From positions 135,284,001 to 135,348,000 of the forward strand of contig NC_043001.1 in NCBI RefSeq assembly GCF_006345805.1: a stretch of 64,000 bases of DNA, in the 5' to 3' direction. The notes under the pieces are model-generated. The model was not told the DNA's origin. It did not search any database and worked only from the letters and a program-made list of their open reading frames with translations. Every line of letters starts with the position of its first letter. Positions within the stretch are counted from its first letter, which is position 1. The stretch comes from Octopus sinensis. Lineage: Eukaryota. This document shows positions 38,649 through 49,261 of this stretch, one piece after another. Position numbers and translations under genes: made by a program.

Positions 38649-39125
38649 AAGGTGGCGAGCTGGCAGAAATGTTAGCATGCCGGGCGAAATGCGTAGCCGT
38701 ATTTCGTCTGCTGCTACGTTCTGAGTTCAAATTCTGCTGAGGTCGACTTTGCCTTTCATCCTTTCGGGGTCGATAAATTAAGTACCAGTTACGCTCTTGG
38801 GTTGATGTAATTGACTTAATCCCTTTGTTTGTCCTTGTTTGTCCCCTCTGTGTTTAGCCCCTTGTAGGTAGTAAAGAAATGAGTATGTAGAAAAGGTGGC
38901 GAGCTGGCAGAAATGTTAGCATGCCAGGCGAAATGCGTAGCCGTATTTCGTCTGCTGCTACGTTCTGAGTTCAAATTCCGCCGAGGTCAACTTTGCTTTT
39001 CATCCTTTCGGGGTCGATAAATTAAGTACCAGTTACGCACTGGGGTTGATGTAATTGACTTAATCCCTTTGTCTGTCCTTGTTTGTCCCCTCTATGTTTA
39101 GCCCCTTGTGGGTAGTAAAGAAATA
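38649..39125 (+). mobile_element. Head-to-tail SINE-A dimer (244-bp period)
   Basis: Both copies preceded by agtatgtagaaaaggtggcg (38638, 38882) and share private variants. Confidence 0.85.
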
Positions 39126-39244
39126 AGTGTGTAGAACGAAGAGTGATGTGTGCAGTGCAGAACACAATGTATTGTTTAGAATAGTATGTATGAATAGGTA
39201 CTTCTATATAATATGTAGAACAGTATGAATAGAATGTACTATGG

Positions 39245-39376
39245 TGTTTGTTTCCCAACCACATAGTTCCAGGTTCAGTCCCACTGCGTGGCAGTTTGGG
39301 CAAGTGTCTTTTACTATAGCCTTGGGCCAACCAAAGCTTTGTGAGTGGATTTGGTAGATGGAAACTGAAGAAGCCT

Positions 39377-39433
<57 letters not shown>

Positions 39434-39650
39434 TGTGTGTGTGCATGCATGCATGCATGTGTCTTTGTGTCTGTGTTTGTCCCACCACCACTATTTGATG
39501 CTAGTGTGTTGGTGTCTCTGTAACTTAGTAGTTTAGCAAGAAAGACTGATAAAATAAGTACCAGGCTTAACAAAAAATAAGTATTAGTATCAATTAATTC
39601 TACTAAACATTCTTAAAGGTGGTGCCACAGTCTGAAACAAATAAAAGATG
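39245..39650 (+). mobile_element. Degenerate SINE-B
   Basis: Family match with internal (TG)n. Confidence 0.7.
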
Positions 39651-39867
39651 TAGAGTAGTATGCTATACTGTATATACATTGTAGAATATTATATACTGTG
39701 TAGAATAGTATTTAGTATGTAGAGCAATGGGCACTATGTAGAATAGTATGTGGAGTATACAATGGTATGTAGGTTATAGAATAATATATAGTATGTAGTA
39801 TTACATAGAATAATAAATAGATACTATATTGAATTGTATGTATTATGTAATATGTAGAATAAGATAT

Positions 39868-40167
39868 CACGTGACCGACCAGACCATCAGATGTTGCTAC
39901 ACATCGCTGGTCACAATGTGTTTGCATTGTTTTAGCCTTCGAACGACGCCACCCCGCTGGCTAAGCGAGCAGGCCAACAGAAGAAAGAGTGGGAGAAAGA
40001 GTGGTGAAAAAGTACAGCAGGGATCACCACCCCTTGCCGGAGCCTCGTGGAGCTATTTTAGGTGTTTTTTGCTCAATAAACACACACAACGCCCGGTCTG
40101 GGAATCGAAACCGCGATCCTCCGACCGCGAGTCCGCTGCCCTAACCACTGGGCAATTCCGCCTCCAC
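39868..40167 (-). mobile_element. SINE with family-C head and a different 3' tail
   Basis: 12-bp TSD agaataagatat at 39856-39867 and 40168-40179; tail ends catctgatggtctggtcggtcacgtg. Confidence 0.8.
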
Positions 40168-41756
40168 AGAATAAGATATAGCATGTAGAATAGTAGTGTG
40201 TAGTATTTCAAAGAGTTAGACTGGTGCTATTGTTATTCTACATTGAATTGAGAGCAATGCTAAATATTTCGTTTCCTCCTCTCCTCCTCCTCCTCCTATT
40301 TTAACTGAGAAAATAGTCAATGAAGAAACAAACTGAGCTGAAAAAACATTTTAGTCTGATATTATTTATTCTACTTTACTTAGTCTCTTTGCCGTGAGGG
40401 TTTGATGGAAAGATCTATGTCATGGTCACTATTGATTATTCGATTTTTTTTTTTTTTTTTTTTTACATCATTTAGCTAGTTCAGACGAGAGGATCTGCCA
40501 AGCTTAGTGCTTTCCAAATATTTTGCCATGGAAATCTCCAAGGATATACAAAATTCTGTTTGAAAGTTTGACATGAAAGGTAGGAGAAAGGATAAATGTC
40601 ATGTTTACATCTACAAATAAATGTGCTCTAATGAAGGATTGTCTCTAGTTAGTGACTGACATGTTGAGTTTTAGGATCTTCTTTGATGTTATGATAAATG
40701 CAATGAATGCTACCTTACATCTCTTCATCAGTAATTTATATATTTGTGTGTGTGTGTGTGTATAATATAGTGTAATGTGTGAGTATGTGTGGTCTAGTGG
40801 TTAGAGTGAGTTACCCATGATCACAAGATCGTGGTTTCAATTCCTGGACTGGTTTTGTGTTGTGTTATTGAGCAAAACACTTCATTCCACATTACTCCAG
40901 TCAACTCAGCTGTAAAAGGATAACCCTGTAATGTACTGGTGTTCCATTCAGGGGAATGGTGGCCTGCTCACCTAACCACTGAGCTGGCATCATTCAAAAG
41001 CTACTACAATGCGAGGAAGCACATTGTAACCAGCAGTGTGTAACATCTGATAGTCTGGTTGATACAGTGGAATGTATGTGTGTATATTATATATATATAT
41101 ATATATATATCAAAAGGATGTTATAATACTATTCCACATATACAAAAACAGCCATACCAACAATCCAACTTATCTCCATCATCAGCTGCCCCATGGATAT
41201 CATTATGGTTTTGACACCTGGGCAGTACCATTCAATCTGGTGGTGTCAACAGCACTAAAATAAGTGTTGTTTGGAGACAAACATACTAAAGAAACCACAA
41301 CTTTCAAACACATTTACCCTATGTACAACAGTATCAGTAAATAAATTCAATAAATAAATTCAATAAATAAATCTATAACCAACTCTTAAATATGTAACAG
41401 TGACTAATCCTTTAAGTCATACAAAAAAATATTCCCTACCATCTTCCATAGAATAATATAAAAGTGAAAACTTGATAACCACATTCATTCAATCTAAATA
41501 TAGCAGGATTAAACACTAACTTTAAAATTAAACTACAATAAATAAATACATAAACCTATGTACATCTGTATCAGTATTAATAGTAAACCTACAATAACTA
41601 AATTATATACTAGATAGCGACCAATCTTTAAGTCCATACAAATAATAATCCCACCAGTCTTCCATAGTTACTACTATAATAAAAAAGTGAGAGCTTTATA
41701 TAATTCTCTCCAAAACAAAACAAACACGATTGAATTTTATATAACGAATAATATAA

Positions 41757-41925
41757 TAGGCGCAATGGCCCAATGATTAGGGCAGCGGACTCGCGGTTGG
41801 AGGATCACGGTGTTGATTCCCAGACCGGGTGTTGTATGTGTTTATTGAGCGAAAATCACCTAAAGCTCCATGAGGTTCCAGCAGGGGGTGGTGGCGATCC
41901 CTGTTGTACTCCTTCGCCCCAACTA
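41757..41925 (+). mobile_element. 3'-truncated SINE-C
   Basis: Head ggcgcaatggcccaatgattagggcagcggactc. Confidence 0.7.
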
Positions 41926-42319
41926 AATAACGGTGCATCAGCATGGCTGCTGTTCTGAGCTGAAACTAATATATAAAAAAAAAATTTTTTTAATAATTAT
42001 GAGTGAAATACATTATTTCATAATTCAAAAGTTACTCATTAATATACAATATATACTTAATAATATATATTATCGTTACAAGCTTTGATGTTAAATTACC
42101 AGTAAGTAATAGAAACATTAAATTTTATTAAATAGGAACTAATAAAAGTATACTTGTAATTAATTATTATTATAAAACCTAGCAATGATTAGAGGTAAAT
42201 TAAAACTGTTTAAAAATACAATAAAACTACCAAGTATTAACACTTACATGTTTTTTCAGACACGTGATTCCATCACCTAGAACTTAAAAGACTATCTTAA
42301 CTATTGATGATGTAGTGCA

Positions 42320-42625
42320 TCATCATCCTCATCATCATCATCATCACCATTTAGCATCCGTTGTCCATGCTGGCATGGGTTGGACAGTTTGACTGGGCTG
42401 GCATGCTGCACCAAATTCCATTTTGATTTGGCATGGTTTTCTACTGCTGGATGCCCTTCTTAATGTCGACTCCTCTGAGAATGTAATGGGTGCTTTTAGG
42501 TGCCATCAGCATGAGTGCCATTTGCGTGACACTAGGGTGCATTTACGTGCCACTGGCATGGGTGCCAATTTGCATGACACTGGTATCTGCCACGAGTGTG
42601 ATTTTGCTTGGCTTGATGGGTCTTC
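42320..42625 (-). mobile_element. RTE-LINE 3'UTR fragment
   Basis: (cat)n tail then reverse complement of the 3'UTR. Confidence 0.65.
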
Positions 42626-42858
42626 TCAAGCAAACACATATATATACACACATACATACATATATACACACACATACATACATGTGTGTATATATATATG
42701 TATATATATACCTGTAGGGATAAGAATTTCCTATTATATTGATTTGAATATCTTTTGAATAAATTGATGTCTATACATCAATTTCTCCATTTTCTTCTTT
42801 TTCTTATTCACATATATAAGTATATATACATATATATATATACACACACACACACACA

Positions 42859-42933
<75 letters not shown>

Positions 42934-43659
42934 GTCCAACCCATGCTAGTATGGAGAATGGACGTTAAACGATGATGATGATGATTATGTGTGTGTGTAT
43001 ACATATATTTTCAGTAATTCATTTAATGTCAGGTTTTCCATGCTGAAACAGGTTGGACTTATTTGATGCAGGATTTTACAGCTGAACGCTCTTCCTGTCA
43101 CTAATCCTTATTTGTTTTTCAAGTAACAGAGGCTTTTTTCTTCTTTTGCTGAAAGCCCTGAGCAACTAGTCATAATGTTGACAAAGAATTTAAACATATA
43201 ATTGGCAATGACAAGTTAAGCTGTATGATATCAGTATTCATACACAGATGCACAGATATAAACATAAACGTGTTCAATGAGCTTTTTACAGTCTCTGTTT
43301 CCCAAATTTACTTACAAGGCATTGGTTAACCCATGAGCCATAGTAGAGTAAAGGACAAAAACACTTTCCCTAGGTGCTACTGTGCTATGGGACTGAATCC
43401 TAAACTATGTGGTTGTAAAACAAACTTCTTAGCCACACAGCCATGTATATATACATACATATATGCATGCATACATACATACACACATACATAGGCACAA
43501 GGGTAGCTGTGTGGTAAGAAAGTTTGCTTCCCAACCACATGGTTCCGAGTTCAGTCCCACTGAGTTCAGTCTTGTACTGTAACCTTGGGCCGACCAAAGC
43601 CTTGTGAGTGGACTTGGTAGATGGAAATTGAAAGAAGCCTGTCATGTGTATAGATCATT

Positions 43660-43845
43660 AGCCATGATAGATCGTTAGCCACTACACACATATTTTTTTC
43701 TCTCCTTGTTTTTTCTGTGTCCCTTTCTATAGAAGAGCGTAGACTCAAAACGTAAAAGACTTTTCCTATTCCTGAGCGTTATACTAATACATCTGCTTGT
43801 TTTGTACACCACCTGTCTTCATTTTTTGTTTTTTTTATAAACTCT

Positions 43846-43848
<3 letters not shown>
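43660..43848 (+). mobile_element. Penelope-like terminal fragment, decayed hammerhead-like motif
   Basis: Same family as 9997-10165; cttt-CTATAGA-a-gagc gtag actc-AAAA-cg-TA-aaag at 43723-43758; ends at (TA)n. Confidence 0.6.
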
Positions 43849-43900
<52 letters not shown>

Positions 43901-43904
<4 letters not shown>

Positions 43905-44040
43905 ATCCAAACATGAAAACACAAAGAGAAAACACAATGTGAGGACGTGGAACAAGTATAGTGTTATTGGACACTCAGGAAAGGAAAGAAAGGAGGAGGA
44001 TTTTAACGTTTCAAGCGGAGCTCTTCATCAGAAACATAGA
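43901..44040 (-). mobile_element. Penelope-like terminal fragment with hammerhead motif
   Basis: ttt-CTGATGA-a-gagc tcc gctt-GAAA-cg-TT-aaa at 44002-44034; 3' end at (TA)n. Confidence 0.62.
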
Positions 44041-44464
44041 AATACATGTATATATATTATATGTATTTTTGTGTCTGTGTTTGTCCCCCCCTCCCCATCG
44101 CTTTACAACTGATGTTGGTGTGTTTACGTCCTCGTAACTTACCGGTTCGGCAAAAGAGACTGGTATACTAAGTACTAGGCTTACAAAGAATAAGTTCTGG
44201 GGTTGATCTGTTTGACTAAAGGTAGTGCTCCAGCATGGCTGCAATCAAATGACTGAAAGAAGTACAAGAATAAAAGAATACATGTATATCTATGTCTATG
44301 TAGCTGAACTAAGTAAGGGATGTCCCTGATTGACTGTTTAGATTATGCCTGATGATGGTGGAATTGCATAATATTATCTAATTATTTATGACTACATTGA
44401 ATAAAGTTCTACTAAAACTTCATTTGCAAATTTAGAAGCCATTGATTTATACATGCATACATAC

Positions 44465-44506
<42 letters not shown>

Positions 44507-44571
44507 CTTTTGTGTAATAAGATAAATAAAAACCAAGGCTGTATAGATATTAGAGCATGTGTAGATAGCAT

Positions 44572-44623
44572 GTCTTACAGCTGTTTCCAGGATATTTATT
44601 AATTATATCCCTTCATCAGAGAC
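44572..44623 (-). ncRNA. Hammerhead motif (type I, palindromic stem III)
   Basis: gtct-CTGATGA-a-gggatat aattaataa atatcct-g-GAAA-cagctg-TA-agac; the element runs ~70 nt further to (TA)n at 44500. Confidence 0.7.
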
Positions 44624-44829
44624 GGTGTGAGAGGATAGTTAAGTCATAGTTAGTTTAGATGTGATACAAAATAGAGAGTGAGGTGGAGAAAATAAAATAG
44701 ATGCAAGATATGTATGGGTATTGAAGTTGTAAATCCATTTTTTAGGCATAATGGTATACATGCAATATTCCAATATCCTATGAGTAAAGTCCAAAGATCC
44801 AACAGAATTTAAAATGGGTTCTTCCAAAT

Positions 44830-45115
44830 ATAGAGTTTATAAGCAATCTAAGATTCCCTTATGAGTGGGATCCAGCAGATTTTTAAACTTGGTTTCACTC
44901 CATTCCACACTTTTGTTCGCCATCCAGCTTGATCTGAAGCAAGGGTTTCTATTGCCTTTGGATCCATTCCAAGTGACTTCATGGTAGTCCTTATGCTGTC
45001 CTTAAACCTTTTTTAGGTTTACACCAATTATGTTTCCCCTCTGCAAGGGCATGATAAAACAGGTGTTTGGGTGTGCATTTATCTGCCATTCGAACAATAT
45101 GGTCAGGCCATCTTT
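44830..45115 (-). mobile_element. RTE LINE C-terminal fragment
   Basis: RWPDHIVRMADKCTPKHLFY..GK..KPKK / FKDSIRTTMKSLGMDP..ETLASDQAGWR. Confidence 0.7.
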
Positions 45116-45123
45116 GATTTTTC

Positions 45124-45162
<39 letters not shown>

Positions 45163-45239
45163 TACAAACATTCATACATATATATATGTGTGTGTGTGTA
45201 GCATGGAAAGCAGACGTTAAATGATGATGATGATATATC

Positions 45240-45538
45240 AATGAAAGAATGGAGTTGAACGACGATTTAACAAAATTCCTTTATTCTTGACATATGTTTT
45301 GAAGGCTGCATATTCCTAATTTTGAAGGAATAAGGGGTGCATTATGCCGCCTTCTCATCAGGAAAAACAAGGAACTTATGTCAGCATCAAGATGAACAAA
45401 AGCTCTTAGATGACTGCCCACATGGAGCCCATAGCGATAATGAGTGTTTCCTTCGAAATTAGGAATATGCAGCCTTCGAAACATATGTCGAGAATAAAGG
45501 AATTTTGTTAAATCGTCATTCAACTCCATTCTTTCATT
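45240..45538. mobile_element. Inverted repeat (91-bp arms) carrying a hammerhead; Penelope-like inverted terminal repeat
   Basis: Arms 45240-45330 and 45448-45538 differ at 4 CpG/TpG sites; minus-strand motif ttttc-CTGATGA-gaaggcggcata...tatgcagccttc-(G/A)AAA-catatg-TC-(g/a)agaa at 45284-45366. Confidence 0.75.
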
Positions 45539-45725
45539 TATTTGTATTAAAAAAAAACACACAAATTTCCACACGATAGCACGTGATCTCTGCCCTAGGC
45601 AAGTAGCTTCAACCGTGTTTTTCTGACGTGAATTTGCTACCCAGATATCGGTTAACCGAATTATCCATACTAAGATAATTCATTCAACTACTTGTATATA
45701 TATACACACACACATATACATACAT

Positions 45726-45778
<53 letters not shown>

Positions 45779-46600
45779 CATACGGATATATATATATATC
45801 TTTATAATTGATGTTATTTACATAGAAAAATTTCTACACAATGGCCTATTGGGGTGGGGTAAGTTTTCATGTATCACATGGAATTTTGTTTTGATATTTG
45901 GAAAAGTGTCACTTGATATCTATCACAAATTGGGCTGGTTCTTTGGGAAATGTCACGTAAAATACAGACATATCTAAACATAAGTTGGTAATTAGTTCCA
46001 AGACATGTGATTTAACTTGAAAAATGATGTAATATGAAAACACATTAAAAAAAATTATTAGCTTATATCTATTTTAATAAATGGTTTGCATATATTTTCA
46101 GATGCATTTTATTTGATTTTACCATTTTAGTATCGTTTTTTTTTAGGTGTTTTTTAAAAAAAATTTTATGCTTTTAAATAAATTTATTGAAGGTGATGTA
46201 AAGTCAGATAAATCAACTGAAGTTGAAGTTTATTTTCTCCATTTTTTTTTCTTTAGAAAAATGACATAAATTTAAAAATGATGTACAGTATATACTCATG
46301 GATAGGTTGCACTATTTAAAAAAAAAATTTTTTTAATAAAAGTCAAAGGTGCATCCTATCCACTTGACATCACATGGATCTGAAATAGACTGTGATAAAT
46401 CAGTAGTTGAGTTGATTTATTAATTAGACTGCTGTCATAAAGCCACTTTCGCAAAAATATTTTAATATTTGTAAGCAAAATTTTGAAATATTTGATAATA
46501 TATAACAAATATTAGTTATATTTATGTTATAAAAGGGCCATTATAACTCCCCAGATTATTGCGTGATCTATCTGCTAGTCAACTGGAAACCCCAAACTAA

Positions 46601-46679
46601 AGGTCACACCAGTGGATAGATCACACCCTTAGTTTGGCAACCCCAAACTAAGGGTGCGATCTATCCACTGGTGTGACCT
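46601..46679. repeat. Near-perfect hairpin, 37-bp arms, 5-nt loop
   Basis: aggtcacaccagtggatagatcacacccttagtttgg caacc ccaaactaagggtgcgatctatccactggtgtgacct; one mismatch. Confidence 0.9.
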
Positions 46680-46924
46680 GTCCGTGAGTGTATACATTAA
46701 CTCCAGACAACGTAAGTTGAAGTATGCCTGTATCTGTTAGAATTTTGGTTGGATCCTCAGAGAAAGGAATTTCATACAGTGTAATCAATGCAAATTACAG
46801 GTGTACAAGATTGGTGTTGTAAAATCCTTGGCAGGTTGACAGAGAAGGAGGGCATTGTATGTTGCAGAACGAAAAGGAGTTGCTAGCAGTAACAATAGTA
46901 ATGGGATAAATTCTTTCAGATTCA

Positions 46925-47342
46925 AACGTTGGGTGATATGCCATGCTTGAGAAGACCCATCAAGCCAATTGAAGCTGTAATCATGGCCAATGCCAATGTT
47001 GCAGAACTGGCACATAAAAGGCACCCTTCAAACTTTGGGTCTCACAGAGGCAGTGACAAGTGACCAAGATCTTTGGCAATATATCATGCTTGAGAAGATC
47101 TGTCAAGCCAGGTGAGATCATAGTCATGGCTGATGCTGGTGCTTCGTAACTAGCACCTGTGCTGGTGGCACGTAAAAAGCACCTGCTACACTTTTGGAGT
47201 GGTTGGCATTAGGAAGGGCATCCAGCTGTAGAAACCATGCCAAATCATATTTGAACCTGGTGCAGCTCCCCAGCTTATCAGTTTTCTATCAAACTGTCCA
47301 ACCCATGCCAGCAGAGAAAACAGACATTAAATGATGATGATA
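46925..47342 (+). mobile_element. RTE-LINE 3'UTR fragment
   Basis: gtgctggtggcacgtaaaaagcacc...cattaggaagggcatccagctgtagaaac...aaatgatgatga. Confidence 0.7.
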
Positions 47343-47648
47343 ACTTCTAATGTTCCTTAGAAGCAGTTGATAGCTTCTCTTACCTATGTGACCTAATTAG
47401 CTGTGGGGGAGTTTGTTTGAAAATATAGCAGCTAGAGTAAAAGTGGGATGGAGTTATTAACCCTGCTCTGACAGATATATATCACTTATTAAAATTACGA
47501 TGAAAGTAAACAAACAAACGAAGTTTGCTTTAGGAGTGTCTTAGAAAGTTAAAGAAATGTTTTTTTTAAATTCTCAAATGCAGGATAATGGTAATAATAT
47601 AGCCTGAACAGGATAAACTATCCCTATTTTGCAGAAAAAAGTGTTGGC

Positions 47649-47722
47649 AGCCAGCTATGAGACCCGAACTCACACCCCTGTGATTACGTGTCGCGGTGCT
47701 CTGACCTTTAAGCTAAACTGCC
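47649..47722 (-). tRNA. tRNA-Thr(CGT)-like pseudogene / tRNA-like Pol III unit
   Basis: 74-nt cloverleaf GGCAGTT-TA-GCTT AAAGGTCA GAGC-A-CCGCGA CACGTAA TCACAG-GGGT-GTGAG TTCGGGT CTCAT-AGCTGGC-T; G2:G71 mismatch, two anticodon-stem mispairs consistent with CpG decay, TATA at -36, T6 run 9 nt downstream. Confidence 0.55.
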
Positions 47723-47912
47723 CTCACCACTAATTCTTCCGCAAATTTAAGATATATAGAAATCTCGCTTTGAGATGCTATAGTATGTTAAATTAAAATT
47801 AAGATGAAAGTAAACAAACAAACAAAATTTGCTTTAGAAGCATTGAGATGTCTTAGAAAGTCAGAGAAGTGATTTTTTTTTAATTCTCAAAACAGGATAA
47901 TGCTCATAATCA

Positions 47913-48186
47913 TCATTGTTCAATTGTGGTTGAGACAATGGAATTTACTATACCATGCCAGACTTCACGGTCCATCATAGAGGTCCTGTTGCTGGATGCC
48001 TGTATCCCTGGAGATTACATCAGGGTAGGAGAGTGTGCACCCTCTGGTATTGTGAGTAGATTGCTTCCAGAGGAGAAGAGTAGAAATTGCCTCATTTTCA
48101 GCTCTACAACAATGTCCAGCAAACTGGATTCTCCTACCTTTCTCAAGAGATGATACATGTACTTTGGCTGGATGACGCTTCCATGA
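47913..48186 (-). mobile_element. RTE-X-like LINE 3' fragment
   Basis: SWKRHP..RRIQFAGHCCRAENE..LLLWK..SYPDVISRDTG..MDREVW; (gat)n tail; 17-bp TSD gataatgct(c/a)ataatat. Confidence 0.7.
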
Positions 48187-48399
48187 GATAATGCTAATAA
48201 TATAGCCCGAACAGGATAAACTACCCCTATTTTGCAGAAAAAAGTGTTGGCGGCCAATGATTAGACGAAGTCTAATATTGTATGGAAGAGAAACATGGGT
48301 ATTGATTATGGATTATGTGGAAAGGCAGGAGAGAAATTTGGTGAATATACTTTACTAGATTAGTAATGTTAGTGTGGATGGATAAATGGGGCATGAGAA

Positions 48400-48625
48400 A
48401 AAGTGAGTTTAGGGGAATCAGATACGGCAAAACGGACATGGATGAGATGGCATGGACATGTAATGCGTATGGAGGATGACAGTTGGGTAAAGAAGTGCCA
48501 AGATAGCCAAGTGGAAGGAACCTTTAGAAGAATAGATACCAACGAAGATATGAGAAGTAGTTAGAGCTGTTCTAAGAATGCTGAACCTTAGAAAGATGAC
48601 AAAAGGCTGCAAGAAATTGGCAGGA
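48400..48625 (+). mobile_element. Degenerate RTE LINE fragment
   Basis: RWHGHVMRMEDDSWVKKCQDSQVEGT. Confidence 0.6.
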
Positions 48626-48799
48626 TAATTGGAAGAGTATCAGCCAGCTTGTGCCAGAATGGAAAAATGGATATAAAAATGATGGTAATAAAATGATGAT
48701 CAAGTTGATGATAACAATGATGATGGTGGTGGGGATGATCATCACGATGACAACAATAGTGATAACAATGTATACACACAATCAGGTTTAACCCTTTGG

Positions 48800-49030
48800 A
48801 AGGCAGCGAGCTGGCAGAAACGTTAGCATGCTGGGCGAAATGCATAGGCGTATTTCGTCTGTCGTTACGTTCCGAGTTCAAATTCTGCCGAGGTCAACTT
48901 TGCCTTTCATCCTTTCGGGTTGATAAATTAAGTACCAGTTACGCACTGGGGTCTATGTAAACGACTTAATCCGTTTGTCTGTCCTTGTTTGTCCCCTCTG
49001 TGTTTAGCCCCTTGTGGGTAGTAAAGAAAT
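48800..49030 (+). mobile_element. SINE-A inserted into a MITE terminus
   Basis: 16-bp TSD aggtttaaccctttgg at 48784-48799 and 49031-49046. Confidence 0.88.
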
Positions 49031-49038
49031 AGGTTTAA

Positions 49039-49261
49039 CCCTTTGGCATTTAAACTGGCCATATCCGGTCCAAATATCCTACCTATTTTATGTTCAAGCT
49101 GGTGAGATCCAGCCTTTCACACCTACCCTACAATGTCATTCTAAAAAATAAATACATCATTGAAATGTTACAGCTATGAAATAATTAATGCATGATTAAA
49201 ATTCAAAATAATGTGAATAAATAAGCATTACATTTGGAAGAATAAACTGAACGCTAAAGGG
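49039..49261. mobile_element. piggyBac-type MITE, second copy
   Basis: Similar to 32977-33195; right TTAA mutated to TTAT. Confidence 0.75.

Larger units (their letters stand above)
43495..44280 (+). mobile_element. SINE-B hosting two inserted fragments in its (TA)n
   Basis: Head 43495-43650, tail 44040-44280. Confidence 0.7.

Noticed and set aside
40476-40579. Exon-like segment with poly-T acceptor and GT donor on the plus strand
   Set aside because: All three frames contain stops; a non-coding exon cannot be supported without RNA data.
41260-42260. A/C-skewed AT-rich stretch with a diverged ~215-bp duplication, considered as a NUMT
   Set aside because: No mitochondrial gene, rRNA or tRNA recognisable by eye; needs BLAST against the mitogenome.
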